A stretch of 35,442 nt of DNA from a virus, in the UHGV virus genome UHGV-0072042. One strand, given 5' to 3'. The notes under the pieces are model-generated. The model was not told the origin of the DNA. It ran no database searches and worked only from the letters and a program-made list of their open reading frames with translations. The stretch's first letter is position 1, and each line of letters starts with the position of its first letter. The translations under genes were made by a program, and so were the position numbers. This document shows, piece by piece, positions 35,003-35,442 of this stretch.

Positions 35003-35442
35003 ATGAAATTTATTAAATTTGGAATTATTGGATTACTAGTAGTGACAGTTATGGGAGGATGTGGAACATCAACAGCTGAAACAAAGGAATCAAAAAATTA
35101 TAGTGAGACAAACAGTACTATCAAAGAAGTAGACTCTGATCAAACCGCTGAGTTTGCAACTATTGCCGAGAAACACATTAAAGAAATATATTCAATAGAT
35201 AATTTGAAGATGGATTTAAAATCTATCAAAGTTACTCAATTTCCTGACGATAAAAATGCAGAAACTGGTGAAGAGTACAAAAATGTCTACAATGGTACTG
35301 GAGATTTTACTTGGCAAGACAAAAAATACAACTTTTCTTTGATTTATTCGAAAAAAGATGCAACTAATTATACCGTCCTATATCTATATAGCAATCTAGA
35401 TCCTAATAAAGGTGTAGATACACCATTAGAAAGCGATCAATA
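35003..35442 (+). CDS. Lipoprotein (5' partial, runs off the window). Candidate superinfection-exclusion protein.
   Basis: AAGGAG RBS. Signal peptide MKFIKFGIIGLLVVTVMGGCGT with lipobox VMGGC. Position just downstream of cI. Confidence 0.65.
   Translation, partial: MKFIKFGIIGLLVVTVMGGCGTSTAETKESKNYSETNSTIKEVDSDQTAEFATIAEKHIKEIYSIDNLKMDLKSIKVTQFPDDKNAETGEEYKNVYNGTGDFTWQDKKYNFSLIYSKKDATNYTVLYLYSNLDPNKGVDTPLESDQ

Overview
The window is a near-complete ~35 kb genome of a temperate siphovirus from a low-GC Gram-positive host, probably Lactobacillales or Enterococcus-like to judge from the ArpU regulator, XkdX protein, PG-binding lysin repeats and AGGAGG-type ribosome-binding sites. Reading left to right: a tyrosine integrase (+ strand); attP, containing the 3' end of a tRNA bracketed by a perfect 24-bp direct repeat; then, all on the minus strand, the lysis cassette (endolysin, holin), a tail module, the head-tail joining genes and an HK97-type head, packaging genes (TerL, TerS, HNH endonuclease, a cos-like site), an ArpU-family late regulator, and a replication and recombination module (DnaC-like loader, DnaD-like replisome organizer with embedded iterons, PD-(D/E)XK nuclease, RecT). 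The tail module consists of a BppU-like receptor-binding protein, a metallophosphoesterase-domain tail protein, a tail-associated lysin carrying lysozyme-like and M23 peptidase domains, the distal tail protein (Dit), the tape-measure protein, and a tail-assembly chaperone G/GT pair with a -1 frameshift. The head module consists of the prohead protease, a major capsid protein with a fused scaffold domain, and the portal. The left-to-right order ends with small early genes, an antirepressor and cro, followed on the + strand by a LexA-like cI repressor, a small basic protein and a lipoprotein (a candidate superinfection-exclusion protein) that runs off the window. Integrase and lysin converge on attP, so this is the phage-form (circularly permuted) gene order rather than attL/attR of an integrated copy. 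The most system-like accessory element is a reverse-oriented single-gene moron (24810..25238 +) with its own extended -10 promoter and strong terminator, inserted between the early operon and the late regulator. Other notable signals are a tail protein with a calcineurin-type phosphoesterase domain, two hairpins at distant sites with identical arms, a dense cluster of inverted repeats next to arpU, and a classic cI/cro switch with repeated operators. No CRISPR array, complete tRNA gene, reverse transcriptase or transposase was seen.
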